A DNA stretch of 64,000 bases from Dehalococcoidia bacterium (GTDB lineage Bacteria; Chloroflexota; Dehalococcoidia; Bin125), in the NCBI GenBank assembly GCA_965232875.1, contig OZ247431.1:2102828-2166827 (forward strand). Reading direction: 5' to 3'. Positions 33,687 through 44,041 of the stretch are shown one piece after another. Every line of letters starts with the position of its first letter. Positions within the stretch are counted from its first letter, which is position 1. The notes below the pieces were generated by a model. The model worked only from the letters and a program-made list of their open reading frames with translations, was not told the DNA's origin and ran no database searches. Position numbers and translations under genes: made by a program.

Positions 33687-34649
33687 GTGAGCGATGTTCC
33701 GGAATCCCCGACAGTAGAAGTCGAACGAGTCCGACAAGCCTTGTCCGCGTGCGGCGTGGATGGCGTCGTCACCAACGTTGAGCGTCTCAAGGGCAGGTCG
33801 CACCTGAGCTGGCGAGTCGAGCGACTTGATGCCGCTCCGGTGGTGCTCAGAATGGAACCGCGGCGGGGAATCCTGCCTCCGTACGATCTGCCTTCCGAGG
33901 CGCGGTTGCTGCGTTGTCTGGCCGACGCGGGCATGCCAGTCCCGGCAGTGCTGGGTGTTTCCAACGACCTCGATCCGTCTGGCGAAGTGGGGCGAGGCTG
34001 CATGGCTGTCCAGTGGGTGGATGGCGAAGTGATGTTGAAACGTCAAGCGGAGGCAGAGGACGCTCGCGTCTACTGCCAGACGCTGCGCCAGATTCACACG
34101 CTCAACTGGCGAGAAGCAGGTCTCGACTGGCTACCGCTGCCTCCCGCGACTGGACCGGCAATGCACGAGCGTTCGCAAATCGCGGAGCGGCTGCAAGCAT
34201 TTGGCGTCTACGACCTGCCGCACATCAAGCGCTTGCGCGAAGGCCTGAACGGCCGCGTCCCCGATAGCCCGGAACCGATGCTCGTCCACGGAGACGTGAA
34301 CTTCGGTAACTTCATCCTCAGCCCGAAACACGGCGTAGGGGATTTCCCGGGCATCGCCGCGGTGCTCGATTGGGAGCAGACGCATCTGGGCGATCCGTTG
34401 TCTGACTGGGGACGTCTGGCGGCGGAAGACCTGCTCGGCAATCTCGACCTGTCAGAAGGCGCCCGGAGAGTGATGAGAGAAACCCTAGAGAGCTACAGCC
34501 GTAGCGACGACGATTTGCACTACTGGACGCTGCATCAGCTCTACAAGCACTCCTCGGCCACCGGGGCCCTCAGCGTCATCCACGACTGGGACATCAACTC
34601 GATCGCAGCGATGTACTCGGAGCCGACGGATCGGCTGCTGTCGGCGTAA
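33687..34649 (+). CDS. Phosphotransferase (APH/choline-kinase-like) family protein
   Basis: 320-aa ORF. LVHGDVNFGNFIL is the HxDxxxxN catalytic loop, and VLDWEQTHLGDPLSDW follows. Confidence 0.75.
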   Translation: MSDVPESPTVEVERVRQALSACGVDGVVTNVERLKGRSHLSWRVERLDAAPVVLRMEPRRGILPPYDLPSEARLLRCLADAGMPVPAVLGVSNDLDPSGEVGRGCMAVQWVDGEVMLKRQAEAEDARVYCQTLRQIHTLNWREAGLDWLPLPPATGPAMHERSQIAERLQAFGVYDLPHIKRLREGLNGRVPDSPEPMLVHGDVNFGNFILSPKHGVGDFPGIAAVLDWEQTHLGDPLSDWGRLAAEDLLGNLDLSEGARRVMRETLESYSRSDDDLHYWTLHQLYKHSSATGALSVIHDWDINSIAAMYSEPTDRLLSA

Positions 34650-34689
34650 ATGGACCTGAGGAGAGGCTGTCCAGACAGTCGAATTCCTA

Positions 34690-34892
34690 GTCTCCGCTTT
34701 ACGCTGGACCTCCAAAAGAACTCCCCTTCTCCCCCCTTGCGGGGGAGATGCCGAAGGCAGAGGGGGGCGCTGTTCGGGAGCCCTATCTAGTCATCATCCG
34801 CCGCCCCCCCTCTGTCACTCCGTGACATCTCCCCCCGCAAGGGGGGGAGAGCGAATTCGGAAGTTCTTCAGAGGTCTCCGTAAAGCGGGGAC
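34690..34892. repeat. Family A palindromic MITE-like element, copy 2 (about 200-bp hairpin)
   Basis: The core is as in copy 1. The palindrome extends outward: tctccgctttacg...aaaagaac pairs with gttcttc...cgtaaagcgggga. Confidence 0.75.
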
Positions 34893-34946
34893 TGGGTGAT
34901 TCAACATCACCGACGCCAAGGACGAGGCTGCCTCTACACTCCTGCT

Positions 34947-35372
34947 ATGGCCGACGAGATTCAGTATCTGGTTCCGCTTCCTGAGATTGAGTCTCGATAT
35001 GGGACCAACTCTCTGTTTGGGGAACAGTTCACCGAGATTTCCCGTGGCCGGACGGTGTTGGAGATGCCGATTACTCGGCACACGGCTGGCGGCGCTCGCG
35101 GTGGCGTGCATGGCGGCGTGCTGGCCTCGCTAGCCGATATTGGCGTGGTCGCGGCAGTGCTCTCGACCTGTCGGGTTGGCGAGGCGATGCAGGGGACGTC
35201 GGAGCTGAACATCTCTTACCTGCGGCCGGCGGTGGGCTCGAAGGTTCGAGTGGAATCGAACGTGATCAAGAAGGGCCGCACGCTGGCCGTTGGCGATGTC
35301 GACCTGCTCAGCGATCAGGGCAAGCTGATCGCCAAGGCGCGGGTCACCTACTCGATTACGCAAACGGGTTGA
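34947..35372 (+). CDS. PaaI-type hotdog-fold thioesterase
   Basis: The ORF track gives 34896. The ATG at 34947 avoids the repeat. GGVHGGVLASLADIGVVAAV is the PaaI/4HBT-II motif. Confidence 0.75.
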   Translation: MADEIQYLVPLPEIESRYGTNSLFGEQFTEISRGRTVLEMPITRHTAGGARGGVHGGVLASLADIGVVAAVLSTCRVGEAMQGTSELNISYLRPAVGSKVRVESNVIKKGRTLAVGDVDLLSDQGKLIAKARVTYSITQTG

Positions 35373-35376
35373 GCTG

Positions 35377-36312
35377 ATGGACATCGAGCTGACCCCGGCG
35401 CTCGCGACTGAGTCGCTGCTGGCCTGCGGCGTTGGGGGCCGCGTCGCCTCTGTTGAGCGGCTGGACGGCGGCGTCTCGAACCTGACCTGGCAGGTCCGAC
35501 GAGAAGGTGACGAGCCGGTCGTTCTACGGCTACAGCGCGATCAGGGCATCTTTCAGCCCTACGACGTTCTGCGCGAGGCGCGAGTGATTGAATGCCTGGC
35601 CGCGTCGCCAATTCCCGTGCCGAACGTGTTGGGCACAGCCGATGTCGTCTCGCCGCTCAAGTCGCCGTACGTGCTTCTTGAGTGGCTCGACTATCCGCAC
35701 ATGGGCATGGTGCCGATGACCTCGCAGGTCGTCGACAGCTATCGCTCGACGGTTGAGTCGATCCATGCGCTGGATTGGCAATCCTACGGACTCGATTTCC
35801 TCGATCCACCAACAGCGGGGTACGAGGCGGCGCTACGTGACCTCGACGCCGTTCGCGCGCGGGCAATCGCGTTCAACTGTCAAGACGATCACCTGATTGC
35901 CAAGATCGGCGCAGTCCTCACTCAACATCTGCCTGACAGTCCCGAGCCGCGCCTTTGTCACGGCGACATCAACGTCTTCAACTACCTCGTCGGTGAAGAC
36001 GGGATGATGGCCGGCGTGGTCGACTGGGAACAGGCGCAGCTCGGCGATCCATTGTCGGACTGGGGATTGATTACCGCGCTGGGATCGCTCAAGGGCATGG
36101 ACGCGCCGCCCGAGACTCACCCGCTGACCGCGCCGGCATTCGAGCGATCAGGCCGGGACGCGCGAGATCTGCGCTATTGGATGCTGCACCAGATGTACAA
36201 GCTGGCCGTGATACATCGCATCTGGTCGGAGATCGGCGATGCACCTCCGTGGTACTCGTGGTCGGATGTGGAGCGGGTCTCGGAGAACGCGTTGATGTAC
36301 CTGGGTGCATAA
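35377..36312 (+). CDS. Phosphotransferase (APH-like) family protein, paralog
   Basis: 311-aa ORF with LCHGDINVFNYLV and VVDWEQAQLGDPLSDW. Confidence 0.75.
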   Translation: MDIELTPALATESLLACGVGGRVASVERLDGGVSNLTWQVRREGDEPVVLRLQRDQGIFQPYDVLREARVIECLAASPIPVPNVLGTADVVSPLKSPYVLLEWLDYPHMGMVPMTSQVVDSYRSTVESIHALDWQSYGLDFLDPPTAGYEAALRDLDAVRARAIAFNCQDDHLIAKIGAVLTQHLPDSPEPRLCHGDINVFNYLVGEDGMMAGVVDWEQAQLGDPLSDWGLITALGSLKGMDAPPETHPLTAPAFERSGRDARDLRYWMLHQMYKLAVIHRIWSEIGDAPPWYSWSDVERVSENALMYLGA

Positions 36313-36338
36313 CCGCGCCAATTGCTACTCCCTCCACT

Positions 36339-36580
36339 CCGTCATTGCCGCGCTTGCCGCGGCAATCTCGCCGAGTGTTGAACCCACGTGAGACTGTCTC
36401 ACTTGTTCCTCATCCCCCGCTTCACGCCGTGGTCTGCTCGGCGTTCGCGTCCAGACCACCGTCATTCCCGCGCTCCTGCGCGGGAATCTCGCCGACTTTG
36501 GCATCAACTGTTGCGTGGGGAGGATCGAGATACCCTCGTTCAAGCCGGGGGCAGGCTCCGCGGCAAGCGCGGGTATCACG
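36339..36580. repeat. Composite REP-like cluster (family B)
   Basis: It contains ccgtcattgccgcgcttgccgcggcaatctcg, ccgtcattcccgcgctcctgcgcgggaatctcg and cgcggcaagcgcgggtatcacg. It also shares the cccccgcttcac module with 7625-7915. Confidence 0.7.
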
Positions 36581-36645
36581 GAAAAAGGGCGCGTGAGGTC
36601 CGGCGTTGCGACTATTGAGACACTCTCACGTGCAAGGTCTTGTAG

Positions 36646-37479
36646 TCATCTACTGAGCGACGCCAAGTGCTCGACACCATGCAACATGCTGCGTTCGTTT
36701 GGCGTGGCCAACGAGACGAGGCGGTGGGCGCCGGCTTCGGCGTATTGCTCGATGGCTTCGGCAGTGAGGCGGGCCGGAGGCGTGATTGTGATTTCCAGAT
36801 CGCCCAGTTCGTCTGGTCGGCCAGCTTGTTCTGACAGTTCGTTGAGCTGCTGCACGTAGTCGGCAGTCTGCTCGGGATCCTGCATCCACCCGTACCAACC
36901 TTGACCTCGCTGGGCGGCACGCCTGAGCGCAGCCTTGGAGTGACCGCCGATGTGAATCGGCACGCCGCCTGGGTTGGTCGGTCTTGGGTGAGCGTCGATG
37001 CCGCTGAACTGCCAGAATTCGCCATCGAATTCCGGGGCTTCCTCGTTCCAAAGCGCGCGCATGGCGTCGATTGATTCGTCGGTTCGGCGTCCGCGCTCTC
37101 GGAATGGTGCTCCGATGGCATCGAACTCCGGTTGCAAGTAGCCCGCTCCGATGCCGAGGATGACGCGTCCGTTGGAGAGCACGTCGGCCGAGGCGAACTC
37201 TTTGGCCAGAACGAGCGGGTTGCGCTGAGCAATCAGGACGATACCCGTGCCGAGCTTGACGGTCTCTGTGCAGGCAGCGAGGTAGGCGAGGACGACCGAT
37301 GGATGCAGAAAGTCGTGCTCCGGGTCAGCCGGCGACGGCGCGACGCGAGGCTTGGGCAGGACGACGTGCTCGCCGCACCAGAGCGACTCCAGGCCAGATG
37401 ATTCGGCGGCCTCTGCGATCGTTCGCAGTTCTCCGGGATCGGAGATGCCGGTGCCCATGTTGAAGATGCCGAGTTTCAT
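36646..37479 (-). CDS. LLM-class F420-dependent oxidoreductase
   Basis: 277-aa ORF. MKLGIFNMGTG...LESLWCGEHVVLP...GRVILGIGAGYLQPEFDAIG is typical of the small LLM/F420 family. Confidence 0.8.
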   Translation of the reverse strand: MKLGIFNMGTGISDPGELRTIAEAAESSGLESLWCGEHVVLPKPRVAPSPADPEHDFLHPSVVLAYLAACTETVKLGTGIVLIAQRNPLVLAKEFASADVLSNGRVILGIGAGYLQPEFDAIGAPFRERGRRTDESIDAMRALWNEEAPEFDGEFWQFSGIDAHPRPTNPGGVPIHIGGHSKAALRRAAQRGQGWYGWMQDPEQTADYVQQLNELSEQAGRPDELGDLEITITPPARLTAEAIEQYAEAGAHRLVSLATPNERSMLHGVEHLASLSR

Positions 37480-37503
37480 GTTTCCACACCTCTGAGAATC
37501 TCT

Positions 37504-37600
37504 CCGTCATTGCCGCGCCTGCCGCGGCAATCTCGTAGCGTTTCCTGCCAACGGTCGTGCCCAACTCAGCGAGATACCCGCGACAAGCGCGGGTATGACG
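37504..37600. repeat. Complete about 100-bp family B element (two hairpins)
   Basis: ccgtcattgccgcgcctgccgcggcaatctcg, then 34 nt, then cgagatacccgcgacaagcgcgggtatgacg. Confidence 0.75.
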
Positions 37601-37627
37601 ACATTGAAGGAGGAATCGAATCGCAGG

Positions 37628-38980
37628 TTACGACTTGAGCAGCCCGTCGGTCAGGGTGACGTCGTAGTTGCCGTCGATGAAGGGCTGAGTGTCGAGGACT
37701 CTCTGGAGGAAGGGGATGTTGTGTTTGAGGCCCTCAATGCGTGAGCCGTCCAGCGCCTGGCGCAGCCGGTCGAGTGCTTGCGGACGGTCGTCGCCGTAGA
37801 CGATCAGCTTGGCCATCAGCGGGTCGTAGAAGTGCGAGACTTCGTCGCCCGAGGCGACGCCGGCATCGAGGCGCAGCCACGGTTCGTCTGGCACTTCGAG
37901 TAGGTCGATCGAGCCGGGGCTGGGCAGCAAGGTTTCGGGATCCTCTGCGTAGATGCGCGTCTCGATGGCGTGCCCCGAGATTGGCGGCGGGTCTCCGTAG
38001 CCGGGCAGCTCCGTCAGTGGCTCACCAGCAGCGATGCGCAGTTGCCACTCGACCAGGTCGAGTCCGGTGACCATCTCAGTGACGGGATGCTCGACCTGGA
38101 GTCGGGTGTTCATTTCGAGGAAGAAGATCTCGCCTGAGGCGTCGAGCAAACACTCGACGGTCCCGGCATTCTGATAGTTCAGTCCCGCGACCGCATCGCG
38201 GACCTGGCCGTAGAACTGTTCACGCAGATCGCTGGTCAGGTGCGGGGCGGGCGCGGGCGCCTCTTCGATTACTTTCTGGTGTCGGCGTTGGACGCTGCAC
38301 TCGCGGTCGCCGAGGATCGCGGCGTTGCCGTGGCCGTCGCCGAAGACCTGGAGTTCGATGTGGTGCGGTTCGACCAGCAGTCGTTCGAGATAGACCTCGT
38401 CGGAGCCGAACGCGCGTTGAGCGGATGAGCGTGCGCGGCGTAGAGAGCGGGAGAACTGGTTGGGTCGCTTGACCGTCGCCATGCCGATCCCGCCGCCGCC
38501 ATATGAGGCTTTGATCAGCAGCGGATAGCCGACCTCTTCTGCGACCGCTTCAGCATCCTCGTCGTCGACCGTAGCCGCCGAGCCGGGAATCACCGGCATG
38601 CCCAGGTCGCGCATCGTCGCACGGGCCTGGTTTTTGTTGCCCATCAACTCCATGTGCGCTGCAGCGGGACCGATGAAGGTGATCCCGCGTTCATCGCAGG
38701 CCTGGGCGAAGTGGCCGTTCTCAGAGAGCAGACCGTAGCCGGGATGGACGGCGTCGCAGCCAGCATCGACTGCGGCGTCAAGCACGGCGTCGACGTTGAT
38801 GTACGACTCAGCGACCGGCGCAGCGCCGATATGCGTAGCGCCGTCCGCCTCACGGACATGCAAGGCGTCGGCGTCGGCGACGGAGTAAACAGCGTGCGAC
38901 TCGATGCCGAGCCGTCGGCAGGTGCGAGACACACGAGCGGCGATCTCGCCGCGATTGGCGATCAGAACGCGTTGAAACAT
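37628..38980 (-). CDS. accC: Biotin carboxylase (acetyl/acyl-CoA carboxylase subunit)
   Basis: 450-aa ORF. MFQRVLIANRGEIAARV opens the protein. The ATP-grasp region has YPLLIKASYGGGGIGM and EMNTRLQVEHPVTE. Confidence 0.9.
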   Translation of the reverse strand: MFQRVLIANRGEIAARVSRTCRRLGIESHAVYSVADADALHVREADGATHIGAAPVAESYINVDAVLDAAVDAGCDAVHPGYGLLSENGHFAQACDERGITFIGPAAAHMELMGNKNQARATMRDLGMPVIPGSAATVDDEDAEAVAEEVGYPLLIKASYGGGGIGMATVKRPNQFSRSLRRARSSAQRAFGSDEVYLERLLVEPHHIELQVFGDGHGNAAILGDRECSVQRRHQKVIEEAPAPAPHLTSDLREQFYGQVRDAVAGLNYQNAGTVECLLDASGEIFFLEMNTRLQVEHPVTEMVTGLDLVEWQLRIAAGEPLTELPGYGDPPPISGHAIETRIYAEDPETLLPSPGSIDLLEVPDEPWLRLDAGVASGDEVSHFYDPLMAKLIVYGDDRPQALDRLRQALDGSRIEGLKHNIPFLQRVLDTQPFIDGNYDVTLTDGLLKS

Positions 38981-38996
38981 GGTTACGTCTGTTGAA

Positions 38997-39212
38997 CTAG
39001 TCGCTCAGCGTGACCAGCACGTCGCCTTCCTGGACCTGGTCGCCTTGGGCGATGTGGATTTCGGCGACCGTGCCGTCGCTGGGCGCTTCGACCGGGATTT
39101 CCATCTTCATTGACTCGAGGATGACGAGTTCGTCGCCCTCTTCAACGGCGTCGCCGACTGCGGCGATCAGCTCGAAAATGGTGCCGGCCATCGGCGACTT
39201 CACATCGGCCAT
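38997..39212 (-). CDS. Minimal biotinyl/lipoyl-domain carrier protein (71 aa)
   Basis: It has LESMKMEIPVEAP with the biotinylation motif (A/S)MKM. Only the carrier domain is present, with no N-terminal linker. Confidence 0.8.
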   Translation of the reverse strand: MADVKSPMAGTIFELIAAVGDAVEEGDELVILESMKMEIPVEAPSDGTVAEIHIAQGDQVQEGDVLVTLSD

Positions 39213-39362
39213 GGTTGTCTTCTCCGCTCTCTTCGTCTCTGGCTAAGCAGTGCGCGCTGCCGAAATCAATTCGTGCTGGCGTACAGTATTGCAGTATGGC
39301 CGCAGCGCTCGGTATATGCATCAGGTAAGAACGGCGAGCACGACGAGAACGCGAGAAGAACC

Positions 39363-39566
39363 ATGAGACGGGAACTAGTTGAGCAACTGGTCTGTCCGGT
39401 GACGCGCGATCCGCTGAAGCTGGAGGTCGCGCGGGAGGACGAGAACGGCGATGTGCTGGAAGGGGCGTTGGTTTCGGAACGGATCAACTTCCGTTATCCG
39501 ATCGAGGACGGAATCCCAAACCTGCTGCCCCCGGACATGCAGCGCCGGGCCGGTGAGTCGGTGTAG
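39363..39566 (+). CDS. Trm112-family small zinc-ribbon-like protein
   Basis: This uses an internal ATG of track ORF 39273-39566. The product is MRRELVEQLVCPVTRDPLKL...YPIEDGIPNLLPPD. Confidence 0.7.
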   Translation: MRRELVEQLVCPVTRDPLKLEVAREDENGDVLEGALVSERINFRYPIEDGIPNLLPPDMQRRAGESV

Positions 39567-39574
39567 GCGTTCGA

Positions 39575-39715
39575 AAGTCTCCCCTTCTCCCCCCTTGCGG
39601 GGGAGATGCCGAAGGCAGAGGGGGGGTCTGCTGTTCGGGAGCCCTATCTGTTCATCATCCGCCGACCCCCCCTCTGTCACTCCGTGACATCTCCCCCCGC
39701 AAGGGGGGAGATGGG
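39575..39715. repeat. Family A palindromic MITE-like element, copy 3
   Basis: gtctccccttctccccccttgcgggggagatgccgaaggcagaggggggg...cccccctctgtcactccgtgacatctccccccgcaaggggggagatggg. Confidence 0.75.
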
Positions 39716-39847
39716 ATTCGGGAGTGTTTCAAGGGCCTGCAAGGGCGGAGAAGGGAACGGGAACGGCAGCATCCACACGTTGCACACGGTGTCGCGATAG
39801 ACAGCGATCTCAGGTCGTGCGATGTAAACTCGCTTGAACAGCAGTTG

Positions 39848-39966
39848 GACTTTAATCCGGTCCCGTGAGGCCGGGAAGGTCAACGAGATGTATCTGAAGT
39901 ATCTGCTTCCCACCCCTGACGTACACGCGTATCAGCCGCACAACCAGCGCTTGTCGCTGGTTTTTT
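39848..39966 (+). promoter_or_regulatory. PyrR-binding leader + terminator hairpin (pyr attenuator)
   Basis: ctttaatccggtcccgtgaggccgggaaggtc (39848-39880) resembles the PyrR binding-loop consensus (UUUAA..CC.G.GAGGC...AAGG). accagcg-cttgt-cgctggt followed by tttttt (39942-39966) is a canonical intrinsic terminator lying 38 nt before pyrR. Confidence 0.55.
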
Positions 39967-40003
39967 CGTCTTCCGGTGCAGTGTTCCCTGTCGAGGTCAA
40001 ATC

Positions 40004-40546
40004 ATGATGACCTCCATGGAGGCTGCGGCGATGGACCGCGCAATCACGCGAATCGCGCACGAGATTGTCGAGCGACACCCCGACCCAGAACCGCTCATGC
40101 TGGTCGGGATGAGAACGCGCGGTGTCCCACTGGCCGAACGGTTGGCCTTGCGGATCGAAGGAATCGACAAGCGACGCGTTCCGGTCGGCGCGATTGACAT
40201 CTCTCTGTATCGGGACGACCTGGCACAACGGCCGCATGCGCGTATGCAGCCATCGAGAATCCCGGAAGACATTGACGGCGCAGTGATCGTGCTGGTCGAC
40301 GATGTGCTGTTCACCGGACGCTCGATTCGGGCGGCGCTGGACGCGCTGATTCATTACGGTCGCCCGGCTGCGATTGAACTGGCGGTCCTGATCGATCGCG
40401 GCCATCGCGAACTGCCGATCCGAGCCGACTACGTCGGCAAGAACATTCCCACGCAACGCGGCGACGACGTACGCGTGTCGCTGCTGGAATCAGACGGGCA
40501 GGATTGCGTCGGCGTGTACGAAGAGAGGATGTCGCGTGGTCGCTGA
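40004..40546 (+). CDS. pyrR: Bifunctional pyr operon regulator / uracil phosphoribosyltransferase
   Basis: 180-aa [15 protein letters not shown] is followed by the PRPP motif [19 protein letters not shown]. Confidence 0.9.
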   Translation: MMTSMEAAAMDRAITRIAHEIVERHPDPEPLMLVGMRTRGVPLAERLALRIEGIDKRRVPVGAIDISLYRDDLAQRPHARMQPSRIPEDIDGAVIVLVDDVLFTGRSIRAALDALIHYGRPAAIELAVLIDRGHRELPIRADYVGKNIPTQRGDDVRVSLLESDGQDCVGVYEERMSRGR

Positions 40547-41603
40547 ACAAGCCACTGAAATGGCGATGCCACCTACTTCAGGCGATGCGACCGATGCAAC
40601 CGAGCGGATTGCTCAGCCACCGCGAGCGCCGTTCGACGAGCCGGTCACCGACTGGCGGCAACGACACCTGCTGGACGTCGACACCTTGTCCAAGGATGAA
40701 ATTCTGCGCGTGTTATCGACGGCCAGTGCGATGGCCGAGGTTCTGGACCGTTCGGTCGCGCGTACACCGGCGCTGCGCGGTGTGACCATATTCAATCTGT
40801 TCTACGAAGCATCGACGCGGACACGATCCTCCTTCGAGCTGGCGGGCAAGATTCTTGGCGCTGACGTGATCAACGTTTCTGGTTCTGGATCCTCCATCGA
40901 GAAAGGCGAATCACTGGTCGAGACGCTGAACACGCTCTCGGCCGTTGGCGCAGACGCGGTCGTGATGCGACACCACGCCTCGGGCGCGCCCTGGTTGGCG
41001 TCGCGCACGATTGACGGCCACATCATCAACGCCGGCGATGGTCAACATGCGCATCCGACGCAGGCGCTGCTGGACGCGTACATCCTGCTGCGGGAGTTTG
41101 GTGACCTTGCCGGACGCAAGGTCGTGATTGTCGGCGACATTCTCCACTCACGCGTGGCGCGATCGAATCTGTGGTCTCTGGCGACGTTGGGCGCTGAGGT
41201 AACCCTGGTCGCCCCTCGTCCACTACTCCCTGCGGCGCTGGCGCCAGGCGCAACTGAGCGCGAGCATCCGCTGTCGTTGCCCTCGGTTCAGATTGAATCG
41301 GACCTCGACCGGGCAATCGTGGGCGCCGACGCGGTGATGGCGCTGCGAATTCAGAATGAACGCCTGAAGGGCAAGTTGCTGCCCTCATCGGCTGAGTTTG
41401 CGCGTCGATATCAACTGACTGCAGAGCGGATCGCGAAAGCGTCGCCCGACGCCATCGTGATGCACCCTGGACCCATGAACGAGGGTGTGGAGATTGCCGT
41501 TGACGTGGCTCATGGCGCACAGAGCCGGATTGAGGCACAGGTCTCGGCCGGACTGGCAGTGCGGATGGCCGTGTTGTTCCTGCTGATTCGAGGCGGCGCA
41601 TGA
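40536..41603 (+). CDS. pyrB: Aspartate carbamoyltransferase catalytic subunit
   Basis: 355-aa ORF with [20 protein letters not shown] and HPGPMNEG. The N-terminal 40 aa are an unusual extension, so the start is uncertain. Confidence 0.9.
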   Translation: MVAEQATEMAMPPTSGDATDATERIAQPPRAPFDEPVTDWRQRHLLDVDTLSKDEILRVLSTASAMAEVLDRSVARTPALRGVTIFNLFYEASTRTRSSFELAGKILGADVINVSGSGSSIEKGESLVETLNTLSAVGADAVVMRHHASGAPWLASRTIDGHIINAGDGQHAHPTQALLDAYILLREFGDLAGRKVVIVGDILHSRVARSNLWSLATLGAEVTLVAPRPLLPAALAPGATEREHPLSLPSVQIESDLDRAIVGADAVMALRIQNERLKGKLLPSSAEFARRYQLTAERIAKASPDAIVMHPGPMNEGVEIAVDVAHGAQSRIEAQVSAGLAVRMAVLFLLIRGGA

Positions 41604-42918
41604 CATCGCTTCTGATTCGTGGCGGCAGAGTGGTCGATCCGACGTCGGGTATCGACGAGATCTTGGACGTACGGATCGCCGATGGCCGAATTGCGGAAGT
41701 CGGCGCGCAACTACTGGCAACGGACGGTGTGGAAGTGGTGGAGGCGAATGGCCTGGTCGTTGCGCCGGGATTTGTCGATCTGCACACGCACCTCCGGGAG
41801 CCGGGACAGGAACACAAGGAAACGATCTCTTCGGGCGCGCGCGCCGCTGCTCGTGGCGGCTTCACCACCATTTGTGCGATGCCCAACACTGATCCGGCGA
41901 TGGACTCGGCGGCGATCATCGATGGCGTCCTGCAACGCGCCCGCGATGTTGATTGTCGGGTGCTGCCGATTGGGGCTGTCAGTAAGGGCCGCAAGGGTCG
42001 CGAGTTGACCGAGTTGGCGGCCTTGCGAGATGCCGGAGCTGTCGCAGTCTCGGACGATGGCGATGCTGTGGCAGACACATCGCTGGCTCGGCGCGCGTTT
42101 GAGTACTTGTCGGACATCGGCATTCCACTGGCCGAGCACTGCGAGGATCCGGCGATTTCGCAGGGCGGCGTGATGCACGACGGCGCGGTCTCGGCCAGAC
42201 TCGGCTTGCGCGGACAGCCGGCAGCCGCCGAGCTGTCGATCGTCCAACGCGACATCGCACTGGCCGAAGCGGCGGGCGCTCAACTGCATTGCTGTCATCT
42301 CTCGACCGAGCCGGCGCTGCAAGCCGTGGCTGATGCCAGAGCGCGCGGGCTGCATGTCACCGCCGAAGTGACGCCGCATCATCTCTGTCTGACGCATGAC
42401 GCGGTCGCGGGCAATGGCGACGATCTCTTGTACGACACCAACGCCAAGGTCAACCCACCACTTCGTACCGAAGCGGATGTGCAGGCGTGCATCGATGCGC
42501 TGGCCGCGGGCATTGTCGACGCTGTCGCCACCGACCACGCGCCTCACGCGGCGATTGACAAACAATGTGAATTCGATGCTGCCTCGTTCGGCATTTCAGC
42601 GCTCGAATCGGCCTGGGGAATTGTGAACTCGCTGGTCGACTCCGGACGCTTGACGCTGTCTGAGGCGATTGAGCGACTGACTATTGGTCCGGTGCGCGCC
42701 TGGAACCTTGACCGTGGCGATTTGACCGGACTGGGAACGTTGCAGGTCGGCGCGCCGGCAGACGTGACGTTGTTGTCGACCGACGCAGTGTCGCAAGTCG
42801 AGCCTGCGTCATGGGCCTCAATGGGCAAGAACACACCGCTCGCGGGTCACACGCTGGTCGGCGTGGTCGCGGCGACGATATCTCAGGGACGCATCGTATG
42901 GGACGGTCGGGAGGACTG

Positions 42919-42919
<1 letters not shown>
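41600..42919 (+). CDS. pyrC: Dihydroorotase
   Basis: 439-aa ORF with PGFVDLHTHLREPG and VATDHAPH. Confidence 0.9.
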
Positions 42920-44040
<1,121 letters not shown>

Positions 44041-44041
44041 C

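Noticed and set aside
36612-37232. Alternative-frame minus-strand ORFs (36612-37232, 36650-37051) overlapping the LLM oxidoreductase gene.
   Set aside because: They are on the same strand but out of frame with the 277-aa ORF, which has clear LLM motifs. Their products are low-complexity.
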